Shown: piece by piece, positions 1-18,579 of the stretch
How the letters are laid out: every line of letters starts with the position of its first letter
Position numbering within the stretch: position 1 is the stretch's first letter
NCBI GenBank assembly: GCA_963765765.1
Contig: CAVXYC010000020.1
Span: 320,001 to 384,000, forward strand
Direction of reading: 5' to 3'
Length of the DNA: 64,000 nt
Source: an uncultured Chloroflexia bacterium
GTDB taxonomy: Bacteria; Chloroflexota; UBA6077; JACCZL01
Program-made: the position numbers and the translations under genes
The notes under the pieces: generated by a model
Databases searched by the model: none
Seen by the model: the letters and a program-made list of their open reading frames with translations, nothing else
What the model was told of the DNA's origin: nothing

Positions 1-72
1 CGTCGTCTTACCGGCGTCGATGTGGGCAATAATCCCGATATTGCGAATGGACTCTAAATTCTTCTCTGCCAT
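1..72 (-). CDS. fusA: Elongation factor G, 5' end only (runs off window)
   Basis: Reverse strand translates MAEKNLESIRNIGIIAHIDAGKTT (G1 motif), directly downstream of rpsG. Confidence 0.95.
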   Translation of the reverse strand, partial: MAEKNLESIRNIGIIAHIDAGKTT

Positions 73-111
73 GACCTCAGGGCCACTTACCCTCGTTACT
101 CGCCAGCCAAG

Positions 112-582
112 CTACCAGCGATAGTGCGCGAATGCTTTGTTCGCTTCTGCCATTCGGTGCACGTCGTCTCGACGCTTCACCGTTGCGCCAGTTCCTTGAG
201 CCGCGTCCATCAGCTCACCGGCAAGTTTTTCCACCATTGACCGGCCAGAACGCGACCGTGCCGAGTTGACCAACCAACGCATCGCGAGCGAAATGCGGCG
301 CTCGCCTCGAATCTCCACAGGCACCTGATAGGTGGCGCCACCAACGCGCCGGGGCTTCACTTCCAGCACCGGCGTCGCATTACGCAGCGCCTGCTCGAAG
401 ACATCCGCCGCGCTGCGATGCATCTGATTTTCTACGCGATCAAGCGCCTGGTACATGAGCCTCTCCGCGAGACTCTTCTTCCCATTGACCATCAGTTTAT
501 TGATCATTCGCGAAATACCCCGGTTGCCATACTTGGCATCGGGGACGGCTTCGCGACGCACCACACGGGCACGACGGGGCAT
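112..582 (-). CDS. rpsG: 30S ribosomal protein S7
   Basis: MPRR start, RRVGGATYQVPVE, HRMAEANKAFAHYRW end. Confidence 0.98.
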   Translation of the reverse strand: MPRRARVVRREAVPDAKYGNRGISRMINKLMVNGKKSLAERLMYQALDRVENQMHRSAADVFEQALRNATPVLEVKPRRVGGATYQVPVEIRGERRISLAMRWLVNSARSRSGRSMVEKLAGELMDAAQGTGATVKRRDDVHRMAEANKAFAHYRW

Positions 583-692
583 GCCACCCTCCGTTATTGG
601 ACGTATTCAGTTCGCTAGTTATGACGCGGTACAGCGGAACGTCGCGACCCACTGAATCGTGAGCCGGCAGCACGTTCATGCAACCAAACCAC

Positions 693-775
693 GCCACCTC
701 GTATGAGGCGGCACTCACCTAGGGTGAGCTCGCTATATGGAGCTGATAGCGGGCGGTGAAGCCCGATATCAGCTC
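693..775 (-). promoter_or_regulatory. Structured rpsL-rpsG intergenic region with three hairpins
   Basis: GAGCTGATA..CGGGC/GCCCG..TATCAGCTC (740-775), CTCACC/GGTGAG (714-728), GCC-CCTC/GAGG-GGC (693-712). Confidence 0.5.
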
Positions 776-1204
776 TTATCGCCTAGGCGCAGCCGCGGCC
801 TTTGTGCCGTACTTGGAGCGCGCTTGCTTACGATCGCGCACCCCTGCTGCGTCCAACGTTCCCCTAACAACGTGATACCGCACACCGGGAAGGTCCTTCA
901 CACGACCACCGCGGATCAATACCACGGAGTGCTCCTGAAGGTTGTGCCCTTCACCCGGAATGTAGGCAGTCACTTCCATCCCATTCGACAACCGAACGCG
1001 CGCGATTTTGCGAAGCGCCGAGTTCGGCTTCTTTGGGGTCATTGTCCGGACCTGGATGCACACTCCACGTTTCAGCGGGTTGCCCCCATCAATAGCGTAT
1101 CGCTTTCCCCTCAACGTATTGAGGTTGTAGCGCAGCGCCGGAGCAGACATCTTCTTCCGGATTTTCTGCCGTCCCTTCCGGACGAGTTGACTGATTGTCG
1201 GCAC
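776..1204 (-). CDS. rpsL: 30S ribosomal protein S12
   Basis: GTG start ([11 protein letters not shown]) after GGAGG; [11 protein letters not shown] and [12 protein letters not shown] motifs. Confidence 0.98.
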   Translation of the reverse strand: MPTISQLVRKGRQKIRKKMSAPALRYNLNTLRGKRYAIDGGNPLKRGVCIQVRTMTPKKPNSALRKIARVRLSNGMEVTAYIPGEGHNLQEHSVVLIRGGRVKDLPGVRYHVVRGTLDAAGVRDRKQARSKYGTKAAAAPRR

Positions 1205-1418
1205 AATCCTCCCCTGTGCTGTATCAAGGCACCATCGTGCAGTATATCGAACGGCGGTCTCACCGTCAACTGAAAGACAGTGCATTTCGCCGCCATCAGT
1301 CGGCAATTCCACGCCGCGAATCCAGTGTGGTGCCGCGGCCTAATCAGACAACGACGCGGACCGAACTTGCGCCCGATCCGCGTCGCTTATTTCGTGCGGC
1401 GCACCCGCGCCGCGTGGA

Positions 1419-5795
<4,377 letters not shown>

Positions 5796-5905
5796 CTAAG
5801 CCTCCGTGCAGCTTTCGGCAAACGACAATCGATACGCGGACGCCAGCCCGGCCGGAGCACGCAGCTCCGACGCAACGGGCCATTGGATGATATTGAGATC
5901 GAGCA

Positions 5906-9424
<3,519 letters not shown>

Positions 9425-9689
9425 ACGGATCTCCTCCAGGGCGCGATTGTGACTGGGCAGCAATACAGATCATTCAATAGTGTTGGGCAATTCCGCGCTC
9501 GTGTGTGGCTTAAAGACACAAATAGCCCGCTGCCCGTTCCATTGAGCTCAAGAACGGCACGCGGGAGTTGCGGAATATGGCGCCGACGGACACGCACGGA
9601 CGATCAAGACGTAGTATACTGCTCCGCCCTTCAGTTGGCCAATATTCGTTTCGGGGCAGCGCAGCCTACACCACCGTCCAAAGCTAAAA

Positions 9690-10517
9690 CTACGCAGCGG
9701 GCGTGGATATTCCCGGAGGCGAGGCGGGCGCCGGCTCAACCGCCTCGGTATGAACCTCCATGAAGCCTTTGAGGATGTCTAGTGGCAGCGGAAAGACAAT
9801 CGTGGAGTTCTTTTCGGCGGCGATCTCAGTTAGCGTCTGTAAATAGCGTAGCTGTAACGCCGACGGTTCTCCGCCAATGACCTCGGCCGCCGCGGCGAGC
9901 TGTTGGGACGCTTCAAACTCGCCTTGCGCATGAATCACCTTGGCGCGCTTCTCTCGCTCGGCCTCCGCCTGCCGCGCCATCGCGCGTTGCATCGTCTGGG
10001 GTAGCTCCACATCGCGCACTTCCACGGCGCTTACCTTGATGCCCCAGGCCTCGGTCTGCTCGTCGATAATGTGCTGGAGCTCCTGATTGATCTGATCACG
10101 ATTCGAGAGCAGTTCATCGAGATCCGACTGCCCCAGAACACTGCGCAACGTCGTCTGTGCAATCAATGACGTCGCGCGAATGTAGTCGAGGACCTTCACC
10201 ACGGCGTTTTCGGGATCGACTACTTTGAAGTAAACCACCGCGCTTACTTTCACGGTCACGTTATCGCGCGTGATGGCCTCCTGGCTGGGGACATCCATGG
10301 TGATCACGCGCAGGTCCACTCGCACCATGCGCTCGATTCCTGGAATCAGGAGTATCAGTCCGGGACCGCGTGCACCGGCCAATCGGCCAATGCGGAAGAC
10401 AACACCACGCTCATATTCCTGCACGACTTTGACAGCCGAGCTCAAGAACATAAACAGCAATGCCAGAACAACGACCAAAATAATGAGGTTGCCGGTCAAG
10501 AGGTCCAAGATTTCCAC
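9690..10517 (-). CDS. SPFH/stomatin (slipin) family membrane protein
   Basis: N-terminal [38 protein letters not shown]. Confidence 0.93.
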   Translation of the reverse strand: MEILDLLTGNLIILVVVLALLFMFLSSAVKVVQEYERGVVFRIGRLAGARGPGLILLIPGIERMVRVDLRVITMDVPSQEAITRDNVTVKVSAVVYFKVVDPENAVVKVLDYIRATSLIAQTTLRSVLGQSDLDELLSNRDQINQELQHIIDEQTEAWGIKVSAVEVRDVELPQTMQRAMARQAEAEREKRAKVIHAQGEFEASQQLAAAAEVIGGEPSALQLRYLQTLTEIAAEKNSTIVFPLPLDILKGFMEVHTEAVEPAPASPPGISTPAA

Positions 10518-10570
10518 GCGAGACTCCCTTAGCTAGTCCAATGACATGGACGACAGCGATCCTGGGCACG

Positions 10571-11725
10571 TCAAAATCGATAGCGAACCCTTCGAATCAA
10601 AATCCCTTGCAGGATACCCAATGCGATGAGGTTGGTGAGTAGCGCGCTCCGTCCGTACGAGAGGAACGGTAGCGGAACGCCAGTCACTGGAAGGAGAGTT
10701 AGGTTGGCTCCCAGGTTCACGAAGCACTGGAAGAGCAGCATGTAGCCCACGCCAAACGCTACAAGCCGACCGAATTCGTCGCGCGCCTTGCCTGCAACGC
10801 TAATGATTCTGAAGAGCAGCACTCCGAATAGAAGAAAGAGGACCATGGCCCCAACGAAGCCCATTTCCTCTGCCAACACCGAGAAGATAAAGTCGCTGTG
10901 CTTGACCCTTAAGTAGTCGAGCTGGGTCTGGGTGCCCTGCATGAAGCCTCGACCGAACATGCCGCCGGATCCAATACTGATCTGAGCCTGAAGGATGTTG
11001 TATCCCTCACCGAACGTATCGACCTCGTGATCGAAGACATGCGTCAAGAAGGTGAAGATTCGAGCGCGCATGTACTCGCGCAGCGCAAGCCAACCCAGGG
11101 GCGCCAGGGCGACTGCCGCGATGAGGAGTGATCCTAGCTGCGTAAAGCGCGCCCCTGACGCCAGAGTGATGCCAATCCAAATGGATAAAAACGCCAACGC
11201 TGACCCAAGGTCTGGCTGTATGTAAACGAGGAGGGCGGTGGAGAGGAAGAAGCATAACGAGCCGAGCAGCCTCATCCAGGAAAGGCGACCAGGCGGGCGA
11301 TCCGCCATAAACCTGCTCAATGCCAGGATGTAGCTCAGTTTCGCTATTTCCGATGGCTGAAGGTCAAACAAGCCAAGCTGAATCCAGCGCCGCGATCCAT
11401 AGTCCTCAGCCCCACGCCCGATGAACAGGACGATGATCAACAACAGCATCGAGATGGCGTGCACGTAGTAAGAGCCCGCGCGGAAAAAGCGGTAATCAAT
11501 CGACGCGGTCACTGCCAGTGCTCCGAGTCCGAGTATTGCTGTCAACGCCTGCCTGACAGCCCAGCTCGACGGGGGAAACCAGCGTTCACAGCCTGGCTGG
11601 CAGGTGGCGGAATGAATCATCGCAACACCATAGAAAACAAGACCAACGATGGCCATGAGCATCAGATAGTCGATGCGCCGCCAGAATGCGCCGCGAACGC
11701 CGAGGGAGTCCTGCGTCGTCGTCAT
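10571..11725 (-). CDS. rodA: Rod shape-determining protein RodA (SEDS family)
   Basis: RWI..G..QPSE.AK, QPDLGS, HSDFIFSVLAEEMGF, P.TGVPLPFLSYG; follows mreBCD. Confidence 0.92.
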   Translation of the reverse strand: MTTTQDSLGVRGAFWRRIDYLMLMAIVGLVFYGVAMIHSATCQPGCERWFPPSSWAVRQALTAILGLGALAVTASIDYRFFRAGSYYVHAISMLLLIIVLFIGRGAEDYGSRRWIQLGLFDLQPSEIAKLSYILALSRFMADRPPGRLSWMRLLGSLCFFLSTALLVYIQPDLGSALAFLSIWIGITLASGARFTQLGSLLIAAVALAPLGWLALREYMRARIFTFLTHVFDHEVDTFGEGYNILQAQISIGSGGMFGRGFMQGTQTQLDYLRVKHSDFIFSVLAEEMGFVGAMVLFLLFGVLLFRIISVAGKARDEFGRLVAFGVGYMLLFQCFVNLGANLTLLPVTGVPLPFLSYGRSALLTNLIALGILQGILIRRVRYRF

Positions 11726-11728
11726 GCG

Positions 11729-12232
11729 CTACACCTCCATCTGACGCCAGCCCGTGAAGAACCGGTAGATATGCTCGGTAGCGACAAGTGCAATTGGGAG
11801 AAGCAAGGTGTTTGCGGCGGCGGCGGGAAACAGGACTCGCAAAAACCGCTCGGGCGGAAATGCTTCCCAACCCAGGGCCTGCATACCGAGCATGAGAGTG
11901 ACGTGATAGCCCACAGTCACTAGCACGCCCATCGAAATGATGAATCCTATGTTCGCTCGGACAATTTGACCGTCGACCGTGGATGTGACAGCGCCGAGGA
12001 GCACCAGGACAGACGTATGTAACCCGAAGGGAGCGCCACTCACGACGTCTAACATGATGCCAGCCACGGCGCCCAGCAGCATACCTTCCTCAAATCCGCG
12101 CAGGCTACCCCAGGCCGCGACGATAACAGGAATGACGTCCAGGTGGAGCTCCGGCACGCCGACTCGAGACCCTACGGCAGCCTCCACAGTCGCAAGGACC
12201 ACCACAATGGCCATCATGACCCAGAGATGCAT
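11729..12232 (-). CDS. mreD: Rod shape-determining protein MreD
   Basis: Hydrophobic protein with G...D..SGAPFG motif, between mreC and rodA. Confidence 0.85.
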   Translation of the reverse strand: MHLWVMMAIVVVLATVEAAVGSRVGVPELHLDVIPVIVAAWGSLRGFEEGMLLGAVAGIMLDVVSGAPFGLHTSVLVLLGAVTSTVDGQIVRANIGFIISMGVLVTVGYHVTLMLGMQALGWEAFPPERFLRVLFPAAAANTLLLPIALVATEHIYRFFTGWRQMEV

Positions 12233-12236
12233 ACTG

Positions 12237-13061
12237 CTACCGCGAGGCTTCCCTTCGAGTTGAATCCATAACGAAAAGTCGCTCGAGCTTGCCGGGGTCA
12301 ACAGACGGTTCCAGAACAGCTTCCTGGAATACGTCCACGTCCTTGCGTCGAACCTGGACAACCTTACCGATTACGAGGCCTTCAGGCACCAGCGTCCCCA
12401 GATCAGAGCTGATGACGACCTCGCCGGAATCGATCACTTCCTCCTGGGGAACGTGTTGCATCATGAGACCGCCTTCGGGACGCCCTCTTACCATCCCAGT
12501 GGCGCGTGACTCAGGATCCTGAAACCGCCCCATGATCGAGCTATTCACGTCGCTGATCAAAAGCACCTTGGCAGTCGTCGCCTCGGTGCGCACCACGCGC
12601 CCAACCAGTCCTCGCCAGGTAACTACCGCGAGCCCGTTCTGAACGTTGTCTTGGCTTCCTCGATCGATCGTGATCGCTTGCACATATGGAGATGGGTCAC
12701 GAGCGATCACGCGCACAGGAATCAGCTCGCCTGGGCCGGAGCGCTGCTTGAGTCCTAAGAGATTTCGCAGGTCACGGTTCTCCAGCTCGAGCTCCTGGAG
12801 CCTTACCATCTCAGCCTGAAGACGGCTGATCTCATCACGTGATTCTCGATTCTCACGAGCCAGGGACTGCACATGCTGAATAGTGCCGCTGACGTCGCTC
12901 ACGTCGTCGATAAATCCCGTGATGGCCGACTGAACGGGCTCGATCGCTGCCATAGCGAGGCTCTGGATGATTCGTGAAGGCTCAGGCAGCAAGATGAGCG
13001 CCACCATCAACGCGATCGCGGAGCCCGTCATCCACCATGGGAACACCCTTCGTTGCGTCAC
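12237..13061 (-). CDS. mreC: Rod shape-determining protein MreC
   Basis: TM + coiled coil (ENRDLRNLL), ITIDRGS..GLVGRV, PEGLVIGKV. Confidence 0.93.
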   Translation of the reverse strand: MTQRRVFPWWMTGSAIALMVALILLPEPSRIIQSLAMAAIEPVQSAITGFIDDVSDVSGTIQHVQSLARENRESRDEISRLQAEMVRLQELELENRDLRNLLGLKQRSGPGELIPVRVIARDPSPYVQAITIDRGSQDNVQNGLAVVTWRGLVGRVVRTEATTAKVLLISDVNSSIMGRFQDPESRATGMVRGRPEGGLMMQHVPQEEVIDSGEVVISSDLGTLVPEGLVIGKVVQVRRKDVDVFQEAVLEPSVDPGKLERLFVMDSTRREASR

Positions 13062-13064
13062 GAG

Positions 13065-14141
13065 CTACCTGCGCATGCTGAATCGGTAATTGGTGTCGAC
13101 GAGGACCTTTCGCAGTGCGTCGAGCTCATTGAGAACTTTCCCTGTCCCGCGCACCACACAGCCCAATGGATCTTCAGCTAGGACAACCCGCATTCGAGTC
13201 TCGCGTGTGAGCAAGTCCAGCAAGCCCGGCAGAAGCGATCCGCCGCCAGCCAGAGTAATGCCACGCACCATCATGTCTGCAACGAGCTCGGGCGGTGTTT
13301 CTTCGATCGTGTCGGTCACCGTCTCGACGATTGCATTTACCGAGCTCGATATGGCCCGTCTCACATCCTCAGAGCTCACCTGCACTTCGGATGGAAGTCC
13401 GGTCACGAGATTACGGCCGCGTACGGTCACAAAGTGTGATGAGAGCTCGCCATCGCCAGAGTGATAGGCATTGCCCGCGGCAATCTTGACCTCCTCCGCC
13501 ATGCGCTCGCCGATCAGCAGATTATGATGCTGCTTCATGTGGGCAATGATGTCCGTGTCCATCTCATCGCCGGCGATGCGGATGGTCCGGCTAGCCACAA
13601 TTCCGCCCAGCGAGATCACGGCCACTTCAGTCGTACCCCCGCCGATATCGACGATCATGCACCCGGCGGGCTCAGTAATCGGCAATCCGGCACCGATGGC
13701 GGCGGCCATCGGCTCCTCAATAAGCCACGCTTCACGGGCGCCCGCATTGACGGCGGCGTCATGCACCGCGCGGCGCTCGACTTCAGTGACGCCAGATGGG
13801 ATGCCAACCACGACACGCGGGCGTGGGATGATCGCGAACTGCTCGTGAACCTTCTCAATGAAATAACGGAGCATCTGCTCGGTAACGTCGAAATCGCTGA
13901 CGACGCCATCCTTCAGCGGTCGCACGGCCACGATGTTCGCGGGTGTCCGTCCCACCATACGCTTGGCTTCCGCACCCACGGCGAGAATCCGTTTGGTGCG
14001 CGGATTCATGGCCACAACGGAGGGCTCGTTGATGACGATTCCTTTGCCACGCACCAGGACGAGCGTGTTCGCCGTCCCGAGATCAATCCCGATGTCGCGC
14101 GAGAGAAGTCCGAAAAACGAATTGAATGGATTAGCGGTCAT
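13065..14141 (-). CDS. mreB: Actin-like MreB
   Basis: IGIDLGTANT, EEPMAAAIGAG, DIGGGTTEVA, LAGGG. Confidence 0.97.
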   Translation of the reverse strand: MTANPFNSFFGLLSRDIGIDLGTANTLVLVRGKGIVINEPSVVAMNPRTKRILAVGAEAKRMVGRTPANIVAVRPLKDGVVSDFDVTEQMLRYFIEKVHEQFAIIPRPRVVVGIPSGVTEVERRAVHDAAVNAGAREAWLIEEPMAAAIGAGLPITEPAGCMIVDIGGGTTEVAVISLGGIVASRTIRIAGDEMDTDIIAHMKQHHNLLIGERMAEEVKIAAGNAYHSGDGELSSHFVTVRGRNLVTGLPSEVQVSSEDVRRAISSSVNAIVETVTDTIEETPPELVADMMVRGITLAGGGSLLPGLLDLLTRETRMRVVLAEDPLGCVVRGTGKVLNELDALRKVLVDTNYRFSMRR

Positions 14142-14881
14142 TAGATCGGTCGCTTGTCCATGTCGAATCCCAATCCCATTTCCCGCAGACTTCGCCAGGG
14201 CTTCAGGCCACCGCGGCCGAGCACAATATGATCCAGCACCTCGACCTGGAGCAGATCCCCAGCGCGTCGTGCCTCGCGAGTTAGCTCAACGTCTTCGGCG
14301 GATGGTGACGGATCGCCGCTGGGGTGGTTATGAACCACGATCATGCTGGCGGCCTGATGCCGCACAGCCTCTCTGAACATCTCGCCAATTCGCGTTGTCG
14401 TTTGATTTAGCGTTCCATCAGCCACTTTGTGGTCGGCGATGACGCGATTCTTTGTGTTCAAGAGCAGCACGCGGAGCTGTTCATGCTCCAGGAGGCCCAT
14501 CTTGGTGCCGAGTAATAGTGAGACATCCTCAGGTGACCGAATCGTAGGAAGGAGCGTAGGGTCCAGCGCGAGAGCGCGTTGTCCGAGCATGAGTGCTGCT
14601 TTAATCTCAATTGCCTTGACAGGTCCAAGCCCCTTGAGCTCCTGGAGCTCCGGAATCGCCGCGTGCGAAATGCCATCGAGCCCATTGAATTTTGATAGGA
14701 CCTGGTTGGCAAGCTCAAGAACATTCTGGGACGCGGAGCCAGTTCGTAGAATAATCGCCAGAAGCTCGGCGTCAGATAGATGATCCGCACCGCTCGCCAG
14801 CAATCGCTCACGCGGACGTACCGACGTGGGAAGCTGCTTCAACCCAACGTGGTACTCGGCGAGGAAAGATTCCGAAATCAC
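14141..14881 (-). CDS. radC: RadC/JAB-domain protein (start approximate)
   Basis: RPRERL, ELLAIILRTG, HNHPSGDPSPS.ED, LDHIV; usual position upstream of mreB. Confidence 0.92.
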   Translation of the reverse strand: MISESFLAEYHVGLKQLPTSVRPRERLLASGADHLSDAELLAIILRTGSASQNVLELANQVLSKFNGLDGISHAAIPELQELKGLGPVKAIEIKAALMLGQRALALDPTLLPTIRSPEDVSLLLGTKMGLLEHEQLRVLLLNTKNRVIADHKVADGTLNQTTTRIGEMFREAVRHQAASMIVVHNHPSGDPSPSAEDVELTREARRAGDLLQVEVLDHIVLGRGGLKPWRSLREMGLGFDMDKRPI

Positions 14882-14954
14882 TCCGATCCGGTGGCAGAAG
14901 CCAGGCTGGCATCCGTGGAGAGCAGCGGCGCCAGTATAGCATGGGACGCAGAAT

Positions 14955-15935
14955 ATGACCTTCCCGAATCTAGCCGCGAACGAATCCCGAGTCGTCTTCA
15001 TGGGCAGCCCAGATTTCGCGGTGCCCTCGCTCGCGGGCCTTGTGGATGACGGGTATCAAGTCACACTGGCGGTAACCCAGCCCGATCGACCTGCGGGCCG
15101 AGGTCAGCGAATGCGCCGTCCGGCGATCGCTGTGGCGGCAGACGAGCTGGGTATCCCGGTATATCAGCCGACGACGCTCAGGACTACGGAGTCGCGTGCA
15201 CCAATCGAGGCTGAGCGGCCCGACGTTATCGTGGTGGCCGCGTTTGGGCTCCTGTTGCCATTACCGATTCTCGACCTACCGCGACGCGGCTGCGTGAACG
15301 TGCACGCTTCGTTATTGCCGAGACACCGTGGTGCGGCGCCAATTCAGGCCTGCATTCTCTCGGGCGATCCTGAGACGGGAATCACGATCATGGCGATGGA
15401 TGCCGGAATGGACACGGGCGGCATCATTTCGCAACGCTCGTTCCCTCTTATGAGCAACGAAAGCACCATGGAGCTCGAGCCCCGCCTGGCGGCGCTGGGT
15501 CGCGATCTGCTCCGCGAGACTCTTCCCGCCTGGCTTGTCGGTTCAATGAATCCCACGCATCAGGACGACGCCCTGGCCACGTACGCACCTAAGATCAAGC
15601 GCACCGATGCCGAAATCGACTGGACGCGATCTGCCGAGGAGTGTGATCGCGCGGTCCGCGCGTTCCGAGGATGGCCCAACGCGTTCACATCTATGGCTGG
15701 AAAGCACCTGATCGTTCTGGAGACCCGGGTCATTCCCGATCCGCCACAGTCAGCCGGGCCGGGGGTTGTAATGGTCCAACGCGGCGCCCCCTGGTCTCCA
15801 GCAGTGGGCACTGGAAGCGGGCTGCTTCAACTCATCAGGGTGCAGCCCGAGGGGCGCCGTCCCATGAGCGCCGCAGACCTTATTAATGGTCTCCCAGGCG
15901 TGGCCGGCATGCGTCTTGGTGAGCACGCGAATTAA
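14955..15935 (+). CDS. fmt: Methionyl-tRNA formyltransferase
   Basis: VFMGSPDFA, TQPDRPAGRG, NVHASLLPRHRGAAPIQ. Confidence 0.96.
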   Translation: MTFPNLAANESRVVFMGSPDFAVPSLAGLVDDGYQVTLAVTQPDRPAGRGQRMRRPAIAVAADELGIPVYQPTTLRTTESRAPIEAERPDVIVVAAFGLLLPLPILDLPRRGCVNVHASLLPRHRGAAPIQACILSGDPETGITIMAMDAGMDTGGIISQRSFPLMSNESTMELEPRLAALGRDLLRETLPAWLVGSMNPTHQDDALATYAPKIKRTDAEIDWTRSAEECDRAVRAFRGWPNAFTSMAGKHLIVLETRVIPDPPQSAGPGVVMVQRGAPWSPAVGTGSGLLQLIRVQPEGRRPMSAADLINGLPGVAGMRLGEHAN

Positions 15936-15968
15936 GCACCTTAGGAATACTCTGCTGAGGCGTTTGCT

Positions 15969-16640
15969 ATGATTCAGGGTGCCGTGGCAAACCTCATTTA
16001 CGTCTCGATTTTGAACGCGGATTTCCGCTTTCTCGCCGATCAGATCGCCGCGGCAGAGGAGGGCGGCGCGGACGGCGTCCACGTGGATGTGATGGACGGC
16101 CACTTCGTGCCGAACATCAGTCTAGGGCCACAAATCGTATCCGCCGTGAGGACCACGACCTCACTGACAATCGATGTCCACCTCATGATCGAGCGCCCGG
16201 AACGATTGCTCGAAGCATTCATCAGCGCCGGCGCAAACAGTGTCACGATTCACCAGGAGGCGACGCCGCACGCGCGGCTTGCGCTCGATGAGATCCATAA
16301 GCTGGGAGCAGACGCCGGCCTTGGCCTGAATCCGGGAACGGCGGTGTCACAGGCCGAGGAGTCCATCAGCGAGATTCAGACACTTCTAGTAATGACTGTC
16401 AACCCCGGCTTCGGCGGGCAAAAGCTCATTCCAGAGACAATCGGAAAAGTAGCGCGAGCGCGAGCATTGCTCGACGAGCGTAGAAGCGCCGCTCATCTAC
16501 AGGTAGACGGCGGCGTCACGATGGAGCATATTGGGGCACTAAGCAAGGCGGGTGCTGACCTATTCGTCGCTGGTACCAGCGTGTTTCACGCGCCCGGGGG
16601 GCCGGCCGCCGGAGTTCGCGCCCTGAGGGCCGATCTTTGA
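15969..16640 (+). CDS. rpe: Ribulose-phosphate 3-epimerase
   Basis: HVDVMDGHFVPN, DVHLMI, MTVNPGFGGQ, VDGG. Confidence 0.96.
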   Translation: MIQGAVANLIYVSILNADFRFLADQIAAAEEGGADGVHVDVMDGHFVPNISLGPQIVSAVRTTTSLTIDVHLMIERPERLLEAFISAGANSVTIHQEATPHARLALDEIHKLGADAGLGLNPGTAVSQAEESISEIQTLLVMTVNPGFGGQKLIPETIGKVARARALLDERRSAAHLQVDGGVTMEHIGALSKAGADLFVAGTSVFHAPGGPAAGVRALRADL

Positions 16641-16662
16641 CTATTGGATCCGAGTAAACCGA

Positions 16663-16857
16663 TCAGGCAGCGTGCTTTTTCGCGGTACGGATACAGCGTG
16701 TGCACGCGTTTACGCGCGTCGGTCGACCGTCCAGCATGAGAATTGTCTTCTGCACGTTCGGCCGCCACACTCGGTTGGTCTTATGATGCGAGTGGCTTAC
16801 GTTATTTCCGAATACGATCTTCTTGCCGCACATCTCGCAGCGTCCAGCAGCAGCCAC
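16663..16857 (-). CDS. rpmB: 50S ribosomal protein L28
   Basis: CEMCGK..FGNNVSHSH.KT.R.W.PNVQ..CTRCIR; GTG start after AAGGAG. Confidence 0.95.
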   Translation of the reverse strand: MAAAGRCEMCGKKIVFGNNVSHSHHKTNRVWRPNVQKTILMLDGRPTRVNACTRCIRTAKKHAA

Positions 16858-16974
16858 AAGGGATCTCCTTACATCGCCAAAGCGATGCTTCGATATCAAG
16901 CTATACTTGGTCAATCAGTATAGCCACGCGTCGAGAATTGACGCAATAACCGCTGTGCCGATTGCTGCGTACTC

Positions 16975-18579
16975 ATGACCATTGCAAAAGAGTCGCCCGT
17001 ACCGCGCGACGCCACGGCTTGCACCGGTTCCAACATCCAGGACCTTCTAGATGCGCTTGCCTCCAGACTTGAGTCGCACGCCGGGCACCTGAATGCCCTC
17101 AATGTGTTCCCGGTTCCTGATGGTGACACTGGAATCAATATGTCACGCACACTTCGCGCTGCCGCGGATGCGGCCTCAAGCGCTACTGGAAGTGCCGCTG
17201 ACGTACTCGCTGCAGCGTCACGCGGAGCTTTGCTGGGTGCCGCGGGAAACTCTGGTGTGATTCTGTCTCAGATGCTCCGCGGGTTCACCGAGGTCTACGC
17301 AACGGTCTCGGTGCTGGATGGAAACGGGGTAAAGAGAGCGCTTGAGGCGGCTTCCCAGGCGGGGTACAAGAGCGTCGCCCAACCTGTCGAGGGAACTATC
17401 CTCAGTGTTGCTCGGGGCACCGCGGAAGCTATCCAGCCCGGCGTCTCAATCGTGCTTGCACTTTCGCAAGCCGCACGCGGCGCGGCAGAGGCGGTCGAAG
17501 CCACTCCAACCCAGCTCGAAAAGCTGCGCGCGGCCGGCGTAGTTGATGCAGGCGGTGAGGGGTACCGTCTCATTATCGATGGCGCCCACCGATGGATGCT
17601 TGGCGAGGATATCCGCGCTGCCATTGGCCCAGCGACCGTTAGTCGCGCTCTGATTGGCGCTCAGCACACGGGCGGTGAAGTGGGTTTCTGTACGCAGTTC
17701 ATCATTCAACATTCCACCGTGCCAATTCAGGAGCTGAAGGCGGAGATCGAAGAAATGTCGACCTCGGTCATCGTTGTGGGCACCGAGGACATCATTCGCG
17801 TTCATGCTCACGCGGGCGCTCCTGGACAAGTGCTCGACCTCGCCGTTCGCTCCGGCAACGTGAGCCGCATCTCCATAGAAAATATGGAGATGCAAAACGA
17901 GTCGGCCCGCGAAGAAACTGACACTGGACTTACCGGCATTGTTGCGGTAGCTCAGAGCGAAACGGCCGCGCGGCTCCTGGAAAGTCTTGGCGCCTCCTCC
18001 GTCGTCATTCCCGCCGCCGCGAGCCCCACCGTTCAAGAGCTGCTGAACGCAGTGCAACGCCTTGGACATGAGCACATCCTGATCATGCCCAATGACAAGA
18101 ACTCGGCCTTGACGGCTGAACAGCTTCGCGGCTTAACTCCGCGCTCCATTCACATCGTGCCAACGGAGAACGTCGTTCAGTGCACCCAATGCTTACTCGC
18201 GTTCAATCCCGACCAGGCCATCGATTTACAGGAGCTTCGTTTAAGCGAGGCTCTCGGCGGCGCGAAAATAATCGAGCTGGCGCGTGCGAATCGAGCCGCG
18301 GATCTTCCCCATGCACAGGTGACAATTGGGAGTATCGTCGCCATTTACGCCGGGCAAGTTATAGCCAGCGCCACAGCTCCTTCAGAGACCATCGCGCTCG
18401 CAATGGAAAATATCGAAGCAGGTAGCCCCGAGATAGCAACGCTTTACCCTTGTGCGGAGCTTGATCCTGCCGCACTGCCTGAATTGGAAGCTCAGCTACG
18501 AGCACTCTTACCCTCTGCTGAGCACGAGACCGTTCCACTGGACTTACCTGCTCGGCTGGCGTTGGTCTCGTTGGAATAA
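16975..18579 (+). CDS. DAK2-domain fatty acid kinase subunit A (YloV/FakA)
   Basis: LNALNVFPVPDGDTG.NM, GNSGVILSQ, VVDAGG; between rpmB and recG. Confidence 0.92.
   Translation: MTIAKESPVPRDATACTGSNIQDLLDALASRLESHAGHLNALNVFPVPDGDTGINMSRTLRAAADAASSATGSAADVLAAASRGALLGAAGNSGVILSQMLRGFTEVYATVSVLDGNGVKRALEAASQAGYKSVAQPVEGTILSVARGTAEAIQPGVSIVLALSQAARGAAEAVEATPTQLEKLRAAGVVDAGGEGYRLIIDGAHRWMLGEDIRAAIGPATVSRALIGAQHTGGEVGFCTQFIIQHSTVPIQELKAEIEEMSTSVIVVGTEDIIRVHAHAGAPGQVLDLAVRSGNVSRISIENMEMQNESAREETDTGLTGIVAVAQSETAARLLESLGASSVVIPAAASPTVQELLNAVQRLGHEHILIMPNDKNSALTAEQLRGLTPRSIHIVPTENVVQCTQCLLAFNPDQAIDLQELRLSEALGGAKIIELARANRAADLPHAQVTIGSIVAIYAGQVIASATAPSETIALAMENIEAGSPEIATLYPCAELDPAALPELEAQLRALLPSAEHETVPLDLPARLALVSLE

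Noticed and set aside
14141-14881. RadC as a mobile-element marker
   Set aside because: Full-length form in its usual position upstream of mreB.
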